A stretch of DNA of 62,932 bases, the filler included, from Actinomycetota bacterium (GTDB lineage Bacteria; Actinomycetota; Actinomycetes; JAKEEW01): assembly GCA_046725875.1 (NCBI GenBank). It is 6 parts of 6 records of this genome, joined end to end, with 100 filler letters (N's around TTAATTAATTAA, not from the genome) between each part and the next. Parts side by side here need not be neighbours in the genome. Positions count along the whole stretch, not along the records: positions 1 to 11,995 come from JBKOZJ010000049.1; 5 more parts are not named here. One strand, given 5' to 3'. The notes below the pieces were generated by a model that saw only the letters and a list, made by a program, of their open reading frames with translations, made no database searches and had not been told where the DNA came from. This document shows positions 1-8,854 of this stretch, in pieces (the first letter of the stretch is position 1; each line of letters opens with the position of its first letter). Made by a program: the position numbers and the translations under genes.

Positions 1-2
1 CG

Positions 3-83
3 AGCTGGGTGCGCTTCTACGACTTCGGCGCGGGCCGCATGCCGAAGTTCCTGAAGGAGCTCGCCGAACGCACCCGGTCGTGA
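3..83 (+). CDS. 3' end of a gene cut by the window edge, possibly pyridoxamine 5'-phosphate oxidase-family protein
   Basis: Frame from nt 3 reads SWVRFYDFGAGRMPKFLKELAERTRS* with GC-rich third positions; family guess from recollection of similar C-termini only. Confidence 0.4.
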   Translation, partial: SWVRFYDFGAGRMPKFLKELAERTRS

Positions 84-87
84 CTCG

Positions 88-156
88 GTGCCCCCGGTCG
101 CCGCCACGCCGAACGACGTGTGGGCGATCGACTTCTGCTTCGACGCCACCACCGAC
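88..156 (+). mobile_element. IS3-family transposase micro-fragment between 11-bp direct repeats
   Basis: Translates VPPVAATPNDVWAIDFCFDATTD, resembling the PNxVWAxDFxFDxT start of the IS3 rve core; CGTGACTCGGT at 79-89 and 156-166. Confidence 0.6.
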
Positions 157-167
157 GTGACTCGGTT

Positions 168-1061
168 CTAATCTGAGCCGCCGAGCACGCCGCCGAGCAC
201 CTCGATCAGCCGGCCGAAGCTATCCCGCTCGTCGGGGGCGTGGTCCGGGTTGACCTCGGTCAATGTCAGGGTGCGCCAATTGGGCAGCCCGTGAAGGTCG
301 CGGAGCAAGCGGGCGAGCTGCAGCAACTCCAATCCGGGCGAGTCACGGATCTCGTGGGCTATCGGAAACTTGGTGTAGTCGAGGACGTCGATGTCGACGT
401 GCACCACGATCCGGTCGTACGAAGCGGCCCAGGCGCGGGTCCGCTCCGCGACGGCGTCGGGATCGTTGACGACGTCGGCCAGCGGCTCCACGTGAAGCCG
501 GAGGCGGTCGATCACGGACCGCTCGAACGTCGTGACGTTCTCGACAGCGAACAGCCGCACCGCATCGACATCGAGCATCGGCCGACGCCCGGCCAGCGAT
601 GCCAGCGTCTCGTCCGCCCCGGCGACATCCAGTAGGTGGGCGACGCCCATCCAATCGAGCGCACCCTCGCCGGTCCCTGGGATGTTCAGATCGGAGTCCA
701 GGTCGACGTACGCCAGGCCGACGCGTGCGCCGTCTCGGATCGCGCCGGCGACCGTGCCGAGCTCGATGGTGCAGTCGCCGCCCAGGACGAGGATGTCGTG
801 GCCGTCGGCGAACGCAGCGGCCACCGTGTCCGCGAGCTCGTTCGCCACCGCGGCGACGGTGTCGACGTTGCGTGCTTCCGGATTGCGCTGGTCGGTCCGC
901 CACTCGGCCCGCCGTCCGTCGCCTCGGTCGACCACGTCGAGGCCGCGGACTCGCAGCGCGTCGAGGAGACCATGCGCGCGAAACGCCGACGGCGCGCGCT
1001 CCTGACCCGGGCCGAAGGCACCGGCGCTCGTCGGCGCCCCGATCACCGATAGCGCCGCCAT
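168..1061 (-). CDS. arginase/ureohydrolase family protein
   Basis: LGGDCT, YVDLDSDLN, HVDIDVLD and EVNP motifs; canonical metal-ligand His residues of GGDHS and DxHxD are substituted. Confidence 0.85.
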   Translation of the reverse strand: MAALSVIGAPTSAGAFGPGQERAPSAFRAHGLLDALRVRGLDVVDRGDGRRAEWRTDQRNPEARNVDTVAAVANELADTVAAAFADGHDILVLGGDCTIELGTVAGAIRDGARVGLAYVDLDSDLNIPGTGEGALDWMGVAHLLDVAGADETLASLAGRRPMLDVDAVRLFAVENVTTFERSVIDRLRLHVEPLADVVNDPDAVAERTRAWAASYDRIVVHVDIDVLDYTKFPIAHEIRDSPGLELLQLARLLRDLHGLPNWRTLTLTEVNPDHAPDERDSFGRLIEVLGGVLGGSD

Positions 1062-1470
1062 GCCGGTCCTCCTCGGTCGGATGCCGTCGACAACCTACGC
1101 CGGCGCACCGACAACGTGTCGGTATAGGCACCTCCCTCGTCGGTGAGGCGCTGCTGTTCGGCCGGACCAGCCTGCTGCTGTATGCCGCGCTTTGCTGGGG
1201 GTGGGAGTGGCGGGCGTCCACTGGTACCTCGAGCGAGTTCTCGTGCCAGGCAAGTCTTCCAGGCGCCAAGTGCGAAGCCCGCGTTCGATCTCCATTGCCG
1301 GGACGCCGAAAGCCGGAAACGCCCGTTCAGCAGCCCCAGACTGCACTGCTCCCCTCCCCGCTGGCCACAAGCTGTTATCCCTGATCAGGACGTCGGCGAG
1401 TCGCACTGAGGGAGAACTGATCGCTGCGTCCGTCACAGCCCTAGAACCGACCCCCGCCTACGATTGCCCG

Positions 1471-4400
1471 ATGAAACGGTGTCCGGTGTGCGGGGACGAG
1501 AACTCCGACCGCGCGAGGTTCTGCCAGAACTGCGCCTCGCCCCTCCCCGTAGCCGAGAAGCCGGCCGGCGAGGCCCGCAAGGTCGTCACGATCGTCTTCG
1601 CCGACGTGAGCGGCTCGACCCGGCTCGGCGAACGCCTGGATCCGGAGGCGCTGCGGCGGGTCATGGGCCGGTACTTCGATGCGATGGCCGAGGTCATCGA
1701 GCGGCATGGCGGGATTGTCGAGAAGTTCATCGGCGACGCCGTCATGGCCGTGTTCGGGATCCCGCGGCTGCACGAGGACGACGCGCTTCGCGCCGTCCGG
1801 GCCGCCGCGGAGATGCGGCAGGCGCTCGCGGGCCTTAACGAGGCGCTGCAGCGGGAACACCGGGCCGAATTCACCGCCCGGATCGGCGTGAACACGGGCG
1901 AGGTCGTCACCGGCGACAGCTCCTCGGGTCAGCGCCTTGTCACCGGCGCCGCAGTCAACGTCGCGGCGCGGCTCGAGCAGGCGGCCGCGCCCGGCGAGAT
2001 CCTGCTCGGTGACACCACCCGGGCGCTGGTGAAGGATGCCGTCGACGTCGAGGCCGTCGATCCGCTCGAGCTCAAGGGGAAGGCCGACCGTGTGCCCGCC
2101 TTCCGTCTGGTCGGCGTTCGGGCGGAAGCTGCCGGGCACAAGCGGCATCTCGACTCGCCGATGGTCGGGCGCGACAAGGAGCTCGACATGCTGGCCGGCG
2201 CGCTCGATCGGGCGATCACCGAGCGGACCTCGCACCTGTTCACGCTGCTCGGCCCGGCCGGCGTCGGGAAGTCGCGTCTCGTCGCCGAGTTCCTGAACGG
2301 TCCGGCCGTCGAGGCGACGCGCCTACGCGGGCGGTGCCTCTCGTACGGCGAGGGCATCACGTTCTATCCGCTCGCCGAAGTGATCCAGCAGGCTGCCGGG
2401 CTCCGCAAGGACGACGACGTGGAAACGGCGAGGCGGAAGCTGGCGGTCCTCGTCGGCGGTGCGCCGAACGCCGACACGATCGCTACGAACGTCGCGGGTC
2501 TCCTGACGTGGCAAGAGCCGGTCGCCGTCGAGGACGCGTACTGGAGCGTCCGAAAGCTGTTCGAGACCCTCGCGCACGACCGCCCGCTCGTGGTGGTGTT
2601 CGAGGACATCCACTGGGCCGAGCCGGTGTTCCTCGACCTAATCGAGCACCTCGCCGACTGGACGCGTGACGCGGCGGTGCTCCTGCTGTGCGTCGCCCGG
2701 CCCGAGCTGCTCGAGGTACGTACGAACTGGGGCGGCGGCAAGCTGAACGCGAGTTCGATCCTGCTCGAGCCGCTCGACGACGAGGCCTCATCGACACTCG
2801 TGGATAACCTCCTTGGCGAAGCCGACATCCCCGACACGGCGCGGCGGCGGATCCTCGACGCCGCGGAGGGCAACCCGCTGTTCGTCGAGGAGATGCTCGG
2901 CATGCTGATCGACGACGACTTGCTTCGGTTCGAGGACGGTGCTTGGCGAGCCGTCGAGGACCTCGCCGACATCACGGCCCCGCCGACGATCCAGCTGCTG
3001 CTCGCCGCGCGCCTGGACCGGCTCGACGCCGAGGAGCGGGCCGTGATCGAACGCGGCGCCGTCGAGGGCAAGGTGTTCCACCGCGGCGCGGTCGCGACAA
3101 TGGCCTCCAAGGCGCTTCGACCGCACGTCCCGACCCGGCTGCTGGCGCTTGCGCGGAAGGAGCTCATCCGGCCGGACCGGGCCGAGTTCAGCGGCGAGGA
3201 CGCGTTCCGGTTTCGGCACCTTTTGATCCGCGACGCGGCCTATCACGCGATGCCGAAGGAGCAGCGCGCCGATCTGCACGAGCTGTTCGCCGGTTGGCTC
3301 GAGGGCGTTGCGGGCGAGCGGCTCCCGGAGTACGAGGAGATCCTCGCGTATCACCTGGAGCAGGCGTACCGGTTCCGCACCGAGCTCGGGTCCGCGGACG
3401 AGCACACGGCCCAGGTCGCCGCCTCGGCAGCTAGCCACGCGATGACGTCGGCCGAACGAGCGCTCGCGCGCGAGGACTTTCCTGCGGCGCGCATGCTGCT
3501 CACGCGCGCGGCCGACCTGGCCACCGGCCTGACCCGCGCCCAGGCGCTCGTCCGTCTGGCGGATGCGGATGCTGCGCAAAACGACTTCCTAGCATGCCTA
3601 GACCACGCTCGCGACGCCGTGGCGGAGGCGGCTGCCCCCCGCGACGGCGCCCTTGTCCTTCGGGCCGCCGTGCTGGAGCAGATGGCCCTCGGGCAGACCG
3701 ATCCCGCCCACACCCTCCGCCGCACCCGCGAGCGGGTCGTCGAGATCCGCAAGGAGCTCGAGACGCTCGGCGACGAGGCCGCGCTCGTTCAGGTGCTCCT
3801 CGCCGAGGCGCTGTGCGAGTTCTACTCCGGCAGGTGCGACCGCGCCAAGCAGATCCAGGAGACGATCCTCGCCATGGACGTCGACCTCGATCCGCTCCGG
3901 CGGCGCGAGGTAATCACGGGCGTCTCGGCGGCGGTCTACTACGGCTCGACGCCGATCGACCAGGCGCTGGTCCTTATCGATCGGCTCGAGCCCCTCGGCG
4001 GAGGCAGGCTCGTCCCGTCGATGTGGCTGTCGTACCAACGGATGGCCCTGTTCGCACTGGCCGGCCGCGAGGCTGAGGCGCTCGCCGAGATCGAGCTTTC
4101 GCAGCGCCTGTTGGCCGAGATCGCGAACCCGACGCTCTCCGTGACCAGGCTGCAGGTGCGCGCCGAGGCGCTGATCCACCTCGGCCGGCTCGAGGACGCC
4201 GCCCGGCTCCTCCGCGACGGCATCGAGGTTTTCGACTCGCTCGGGGAGACGGGGTTCAATTCGACGATGACCGCGCTCCTCGCCGGCCTACTGTGTCGGC
4301 TGGGGCGGTTCGATGAAGCGGAGCAATGGGTGCGGCGGAGCTCCGAGATGACGGCTGATGACGACTTCGCGTCCCAGGCGTCGTGGCGGTACGCACAGGC

Positions 4401-4656
4401 CCGCATCTGGAACGCGAGAGGCGAGCACGACGAGGCTCTACGATTGCTCGACGAGGCCGCGACCTTCGTCGAAGAGAGCGACTACCTCACCATGCGGGCC
4501 GAAACACGGGAGACCCGGGGCCTCGTGCTCCGCGATGCCGGCCGTTCCGTGCAGGCTCGCGACGCGTACGCGCAGGCCCTCGAGCTCTACGAGCGGAAGG
4601 GCGCCGTGCCGGCCGCCGAGCATGTGCGGACCGAGCTGGCGACGCTACCGCATTGA
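1471..4656 (+). CDS. STAND-type class III adenylate/guanylate cyclase (zinc ribbon, cyclase, AAA ATPase, TPR)
   Basis: CPVC...FCQNC ribbon, TIVFADVSGST, KFIGDAVMAVFG, VNVAARLE, Walker A GPAGVGKS, FEDIHWA, GNPLF, FRHLLIRD; start placed at ATG 1471. Confidence 0.9.
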   Translation: MKRCPVCGDENSDRARFCQNCASPLPVAEKPAGEARKVVTIVFADVSGSTRLGERLDPEALRRVMGRYFDAMAEVIERHGGIVEKFIGDAVMAVFGIPRLHEDDALRAVRAAAEMRQALAGLNEALQREHRAEFTARIGVNTGEVVTGDSSSGQRLVTGAAVNVAARLEQAAAPGEILLGDTTRALVKDAVDVEAVDPLELKGKADRVPAFRLVGVRAEAAGHKRHLDSPMVGRDKELDMLAGALDRAITERTSHLFTLLGPAGVGKSRLVAEFLNGPAVEATRLRGRCLSYGEGITFYPLAEVIQQAAGLRKDDDVETARRKLAVLVGGAPNADTIATNVAGLLTWQEPVAVEDAYWSVRKLFETLAHDRPLVVVFEDIHWAEPVFLDLIEHLADWTRDAAVLLLCVARPELLEVRTNWGGGKLNASSILLEPLDDEASSTLVDNLLGEADIPDTARRRILDAAEGNPLFVEEMLGMLIDDDLLRFEDGAWRAVEDLADITAPPTIQLLLAARLDRLDAEERAVIERGAVEGKVFHRGAVATMASKALRPHVPTRLLALARKELIRPDRAEFSGEDAFRFRHLLIRDAAYHAMPKEQRADLHELFAGWLEGVAGERLPEYEEILAYHLEQAYRFRTELGSADEHTAQVAASAASHAMTSAERALAREDFPAARMLLTRAADLATGLTRAQALVRLADADAAQNDFLACLDHARDAVAEAAAPRDGALVLRAAVLEQMALGQTDPAHTLRRTRERVVEIRKELETLGDEAALVQVLLAEALCEFYSGRCDRAKQIQETILAMDVDLDPLRRREVITGVSAAVYYGSTPIDQALVLIDRLEPLGGGRLVPSMWLSYQRMALFALAGREAEALAEIELSQRLLAEIANPTLSVTRLQVRAEALIHLGRLEDAARLLRDGIEVFDSLGETGFNSTMTALLAGLLCRLGRFDEAEQWVRRSSEMTADDDFASQASWRYAQARIWNARGEHDEALRLLDEAATFVEESDYLTMRAETRETRGLVLRDAGRSVQARDAYAQALELYERKGAVPAAEHVRTELATLPH

Positions 4657-4845
4657 GCAGTCGCGCCGAGGGCCACCCACGCACTCGCCAGCGATTCTCA
4701 AATCGTTGCATTGTTGACGAGAACGTCCATGTGCGGGACGGCGGCAAGCAAGCGAGTGATGTCTGAGCTTTGATCGTCTTCCACCACAGAGACAAAGGGC
4801 AAGGAGATTGCGCACTCCTCGCCACTCTCAACGTATAACGCACTG

Positions 4846-4866
4846 GGGGGCTTGCGGCAAGCCCCC
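4846..4866 (+). promoter_or_regulatory. rifamycin-associated element (RAE)
   Basis: Palindrome GGGGGCTTGC-G-GCAAGCCCCC matching the RAE found upstream of rgt/rph/rox/helR; TATAAC at 4834-4839 just upstream. Confidence 0.9.
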
Positions 4867-4922
4867 GGTCATGCCGCAGAATCGCCCAACGAGGCCTGGA
4901 CCTGCGAAAATGGGAGTCGCGA

Positions 4923-5075
4923 ATGCGTGTGTTGTTGTCAGCACATGGTTCGCGCGGGCATATCGAACCGCTGGCGGGACTCGCGATACGGTTGCCAGAG
5001 CCGCTGATCGGTCGAACAGGCGCCTTGCTGGGCCCGAGGGTTGCACGCGACCTTAGATCGGAGCGGACGGCGTGA
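4923..5075 (+). pseudogene. 50-aa ORF carrying the N-terminus of a rifamycin glycosyltransferase (rgt-like stub)
   Basis: MRVLLSAHGSRGHIEPLAGLAIRL resembles the Rgt/GT1 start MRxLLxTYGSRGDVEPLAGLA; GGGAG RBS; its TGA overlaps the helR GTG. Confidence 0.75.
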
Positions 5076-7222
5076 ACCCTCTGATCACAACTGCGTTCGA
5101 CCTGCCGGACCACCTCACCGCCAAGGCCGACCCGATGCTGATCGCCGCCGACGAAGAGCATTTCGCGGCCATCGCGGAGAGCCTCGAGCAGTCGATCGCC
5201 GACCTGTCCGACCGCATCGATGCCCTGCGCAAGGCGGCGGGCGGCAAAGGCCAGGCGGCCATGGACCGAGACATGGAGATTCACCGGTTGACCGCTCGCC
5301 TGCGAGCACTGCGACGCTTCGGTTTGGACCTGTGCCTCGGGCGCATGGTCAGTGCAGACAGCAACGAGGCCTTGTACATCGGTCGGCTTGGCCTCACGGA
5401 CAGTGCGGGTCGCCGGCTGCTGCTGGACTGGCGCTCCCCTGCGGCTGAGCCGTTCTTCGGGGCAACCCACGCGAACCCGATGGGTCTGGCCAGCCGCCGC
5501 AGGTACCGCTGGTCCGGCGGCCGGATCAGCGACTACTGGGACGAAGTGTTCACCGCAGAAGGGCTCGAGGGGCACGTAGCGCTCGATGACCAGTCCGCCT
5601 TCATCGCCAGCCTGGGCGCCGACCGGTCGGCCCGGATGCGGGACGTGCTTGGGACCATCCAGGCCGACCAGGACGCCATCATCCGCGCGGGATCCCGCGG
5701 CGCTCTCGTCGTTGACGGCGGTCCGGGTACGGGGAAGACAGTTGTCGCGCTGCACCGCTCCGCCTACCTCCTCTACTCCGACCCTCGCCTCGGTCACCAC
5801 CGCGGCCGCGTGCTGTTCGTCGGTCCGAGCCGGCCCTACCTGGCCTACGTCGCCGACGTCCTCCCCGGCCTCGGCGAAGAGGGCGTGCGGACCTGCACCC
5901 TGCCGGACCTTGTCCCCGAAGGAGCCGCGGCTGCCATGGAGACCGACCCGTACGTGGCCCGCCTGAAGTCGTCCGCGGACCTGGTGAAGGCGATCGACGC
6001 GGCCGTCCGGATCTACGAGGAGCCGCCCACCAAGGCGATGACGGTCGGGACCCACTGGGCCGACGTCCGACTCAGCGCCGCCGACTGGGCCGACGCGTTC
6101 AACGCGGTGGAGCCCGGTACTCCGCACAACGAAGCGCGGGACCAGGTCTGGGAGGAGCTGGGCACGATCATCGTGGACAGGCACGACGAGGAAGACGTGC
6201 CGGCCGATCAGCTCCGCCAGTTGTTGCTGCAGAACAGAGATCTGGTCACGGCCTTCAACCGAGCGTGGCCGCTGCTCGAGGCACCCGACATCGTCGGGGG
6301 CCTGTGGTCGGTACCCGCCTATCTGCGCAAGTGCGCGCCCTGGCTCGACCTCGACGACGTGTACCGGTTGCAGCGCACGGACGCCCGGGCCTGGACGGTG
6401 TCCGACCTGCCGCTCTTGGACGCAGCACGACAGCGACTCGGCGACCCGGAGGCGTCCCGACTCAAGCGGCGGCGCGACGCCGTCGTCGCCGCCGAGCGCG
6501 AGCACATGGCCAGAGTCGTCGAGGACCTGCTCCAGGCCGATGACGACGGTGAAGGCGCGGTGACGATGCTGCGCGGGCAGGACCTGCGGGACGCGCTGGT
6601 CGACGAGTCTGCCCTGCCGGGTACCGACACCGACCCGCTGGCCGGCCCGTTTGCGCACATCGTCGTGGACGAGGCCCAGGAACTCACCGACGCGGAGTGG
6701 CAGATGCTCCTGGTCCGCTGCCCCTCCCGGAGCTTCACCATCGTCGGGGACCGGACCCAGGCCAGGCATGGGTTCACCGAGTCGTGGCAGGAACGGTTGA
6801 CGCGGATCGGTCTCGACCGGATCACCCCAGCCTCGCTGAGCATCAACTACCGAACGCCGGAGGAGATCATGGTGGAGGCCGAGCCTGTCATCCGGGCCGC
6901 GCTCCCGGACGCCAACGTGCCGACCTCCGTTCGTAGCAGCGGCGTCCCCGTCGTACACGGCTCTGTTGCAGATCTGGACTCGATCCTCGACACCTGGCTC
7001 GCCGCGCATGCGGAGGGGATCGCCTGTGTCATCGGCGATCCCACGTTCTGGGCGACGTCCCGCGTCCGGTCGCTCACCCCGGAGCTGTCGAAGGGCCTCG
7101 AGTTCGACCTGGTCGTCCTCATCGAGCCGCAGGCCTTTGGCAAGGGCATCGAAGGAGCGGTCGACCGCTATGTCGCAATGACCCGAACGACCCAGCGACT
7201 CGTCATTCTCACGAACTCCTGA
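5072..7222 (+). CDS. helR: RNA polymerase recycling/rifamycin-displacing SF1 ATPase HelR (HelD family)
   Basis: LLLDWRSP, TIQADQD, Walker A GGPGTGKT, VDEAQ, NYRTP, KGLEFD, YVAMTR; HelR-type N-terminus; RAE upstream. Confidence 0.88.
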   Translation: MNPLITTAFDLPDHLTAKADPMLIAADEEHFAAIAESLEQSIADLSDRIDALRKAAGGKGQAAMDRDMEIHRLTARLRALRRFGLDLCLGRMVSADSNEALYIGRLGLTDSAGRRLLLDWRSPAAEPFFGATHANPMGLASRRRYRWSGGRISDYWDEVFTAEGLEGHVALDDQSAFIASLGADRSARMRDVLGTIQADQDAIIRAGSRGALVVDGGPGTGKTVVALHRSAYLLYSDPRLGHHRGRVLFVGPSRPYLAYVADVLPGLGEEGVRTCTLPDLVPEGAAAAMETDPYVARLKSSADLVKAIDAAVRIYEEPPTKAMTVGTHWADVRLSAADWADAFNAVEPGTPHNEARDQVWEELGTIIVDRHDEEDVPADQLRQLLLQNRDLVTAFNRAWPLLEAPDIVGGLWSVPAYLRKCAPWLDLDDVYRLQRTDARAWTVSDLPLLDAARQRLGDPEASRLKRRRDAVVAAEREHMARVVEDLLQADDDGEGAVTMLRGQDLRDALVDESALPGTDTDPLAGPFAHIVVDEAQELTDAEWQMLLVRCPSRSFTIVGDRTQARHGFTESWQERLTRIGLDRITPASLSINYRTPEEIMVEAEPVIRAALPDANVPTSVRSSGVPVVHGSVADLDSILDTWLAAHAEGIACVIGDPTFWATSRVRSLTPELSKGLEFDLVVLIEPQAFGKGIEGAVDRYVAMTRTTQRLVILTNS

Positions 7223-7284
7223 CACAGTCCGCCGGTGGATAAGACGACACTCGGCTACTGACCAGCGCTGCGTATGATCTCGGG

Positions 7285-8604
7285 ATGGTTGACTCGTCGC
7301 GCCTGCCGGCAGCGCCGGAGTCGGTCGCAACGGCAGCTGCCTTTTTCACTGATGATCTTGCTGCGGTCGATGACGAGCTCGACACCGCGCTTGCTCGCGA
7401 GGAGCAGCGGCAGCGCGGCCAGCTGGAGCTGATCGCGCCGAAGAACTACATGAGCCGTGCGGGCCGCGAAGCGCTGGCATCGATCATTGCTTTCACCTCG
7501 GCCGAGGGCTATCCCGGCGAACGCTGGCATGCCGGCACGATCAATCTCGACGAGATCGAGGAGCTAGCCGCGGCTCGCGCCCGCGCGCTCTTTCGCTGCA
7601 GCTACGCGAACGTGCAACCCCACTCCGGAACGCAGGCCAACCAGGCCGTCTTCCTCGCGCTCCTAGAGCCTGGCGACAAGGTCTTGAGCATGTCGCTGCG
7701 CGACGGCGGGCATCTCAGCCACGGCGACCCGAGCAACCTCTCGGGGCGGTGGTTCCGCGCCGTCCACTACGGCGTGCGCGCGAACGACGGGCTGATCGAC
7801 TATGACCAGATGGCGGCTGTCTGTCACAAGGAGCGGCCGCGTCTGATCATCACCGGCGGCTCATCTTACCCGCGCGCGATCGACTTCGAGCGCTGTCACG
7901 AGATCGCCCGCTCCGTCGGCGCCTACCTGCTCGCGGACATCGCACACTTCTCCGGACTCGTCGCCGCGGGCGTTTATCCGGACCCGTTTCCGCACGTCGA
8001 CGTCGTCACCACCTCAACGAACAAGAACTTGCGTGGTCCTCGTGGTGGCTTGATCCTCTGCGACGACCAGGAGACCGCTCGCAAGCTGCATCTTGGCGTC
8101 TTCCCGGGCGTACAAGGTGGCCCACTTCCCGAGTACATCGCCGCGAAGGCGGTCTGCTTCGGCGAAGCGCTCAAGCCCGAATTCACCGGCTGGGCAGAGG
8201 CAGTGCTCGAAAACGCGCGTACGCTCGCCGCCGCCCTCCAGGAACGCGGCCACAAGGTCGTGAGCGGCAGCACCGACACGCCGCTCGTCCTCATCGATCT
8301 GCGACCCAACGGGATTACCGGCGACCGTGCCCAGTCAAGCCTCGAGGCCGCTGGGCTTTCCTGCAACAAACACCTGATCCCAGGCGACCCGCAACCGCTC
8401 GAGATCAGCTCCGGCGTCCGCTTCGGAACCTCAGCGGTCACGACTCGTGGCCTGCGACAGGCAGAAATCACCACTATGGCCACGTGGATCGCTGACCTGC
8501 TCGACAGTCTCGCGACAAAGGGCGACACCAGGCGCATCGAGCAGACGCTCCGGGACAGGGTGACTGAGCTCGCCCAGCAGTTTCCGATCTATCCACCCAA
8601 CTGA
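7285..8604 (+). CDS. divergent serine hydroxymethyltransferase-family PLP enzyme
   Basis: NVQPHSG, GGHLSHG, ADIAHFSGLVAAG, KNLRGPRGG, FPGVQGGP, GVRFGT; several conserved residues altered, so glyA not assigned. Confidence 0.85.
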   Translation: MVDSSRLPAAPESVATAAAFFTDDLAAVDDELDTALAREEQRQRGQLELIAPKNYMSRAGREALASIIAFTSAEGYPGERWHAGTINLDEIEELAAARARALFRCSYANVQPHSGTQANQAVFLALLEPGDKVLSMSLRDGGHLSHGDPSNLSGRWFRAVHYGVRANDGLIDYDQMAAVCHKERPRLIITGGSSYPRAIDFERCHEIARSVGAYLLADIAHFSGLVAAGVYPDPFPHVDVVTTSTNKNLRGPRGGLILCDDQETARKLHLGVFPGVQGGPLPEYIAAKAVCFGEALKPEFTGWAEAVLENARTLAAALQERGHKVVSGSTDTPLVLIDLRPNGITGDRAQSSLEAAGLSCNKHLIPGDPQPLEISSGVRFGTSAVTTRGLRQAEITTMATWIADLLDSLATKGDTRRIEQTLRDRVTELAQQFPIYPPN

Positions 8605-8705
8605 CGTCCGGCGGGGATGCCGGCTGTCACGCGAATGAGTCAGTGTTGCCGCTCAGTTGGCCAACGGCTGATGGTCTCCTGGGCCTGGGCAGCGGCCAGC
8701 GGCGG

Positions 8706-8789
8706 TGCGCTTGCCGATGACCCCGCCCCCGCAGCCCAGGCAGCTTGCTCCCACTCGTGCAGAATCCCGCCGAGCCGGTCGCGTCGGCG
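8706..8789 (-). mobile_element. remnant 3' end of an actinobacterial integrase-core (rve) IS element
   Basis: Minus strand reads RRRDRLGGILHEWEQAA, typical C-terminus of these transposases, followed by an end-like ...TCGGCAAGCGCA. Confidence 0.55.
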
Positions 8790-8799
8790 TTCGCTTTGG

Positions 8800-8844
8800 A
8801 TATCGACGGTGGGCGGCGGTAGTCCGGCGCCCCACCGTCGATAT
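8800..8844 (-). terminator. stem-loop terminator after the secreted-protein gene
   Basis: ATATCGACGGTGGG / CCCACCGTCGATAT perfect 14-bp arms 10 nt past the stop at 8855. Confidence 0.7.
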
Positions 8845-8854
8845 TGCCTTGGTG

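Noticed and set aside
1192..1470. 93-aa N-terminal extension of the cyclase
   Set aside because: Family starts at the zinc ribbon (ATG 1471); extension has atypical composition
4487..7330. 947-aa minus-strand ORF
   Set aside because: Antisense shadow of helR, expected from high-GC codon bias; no motifs
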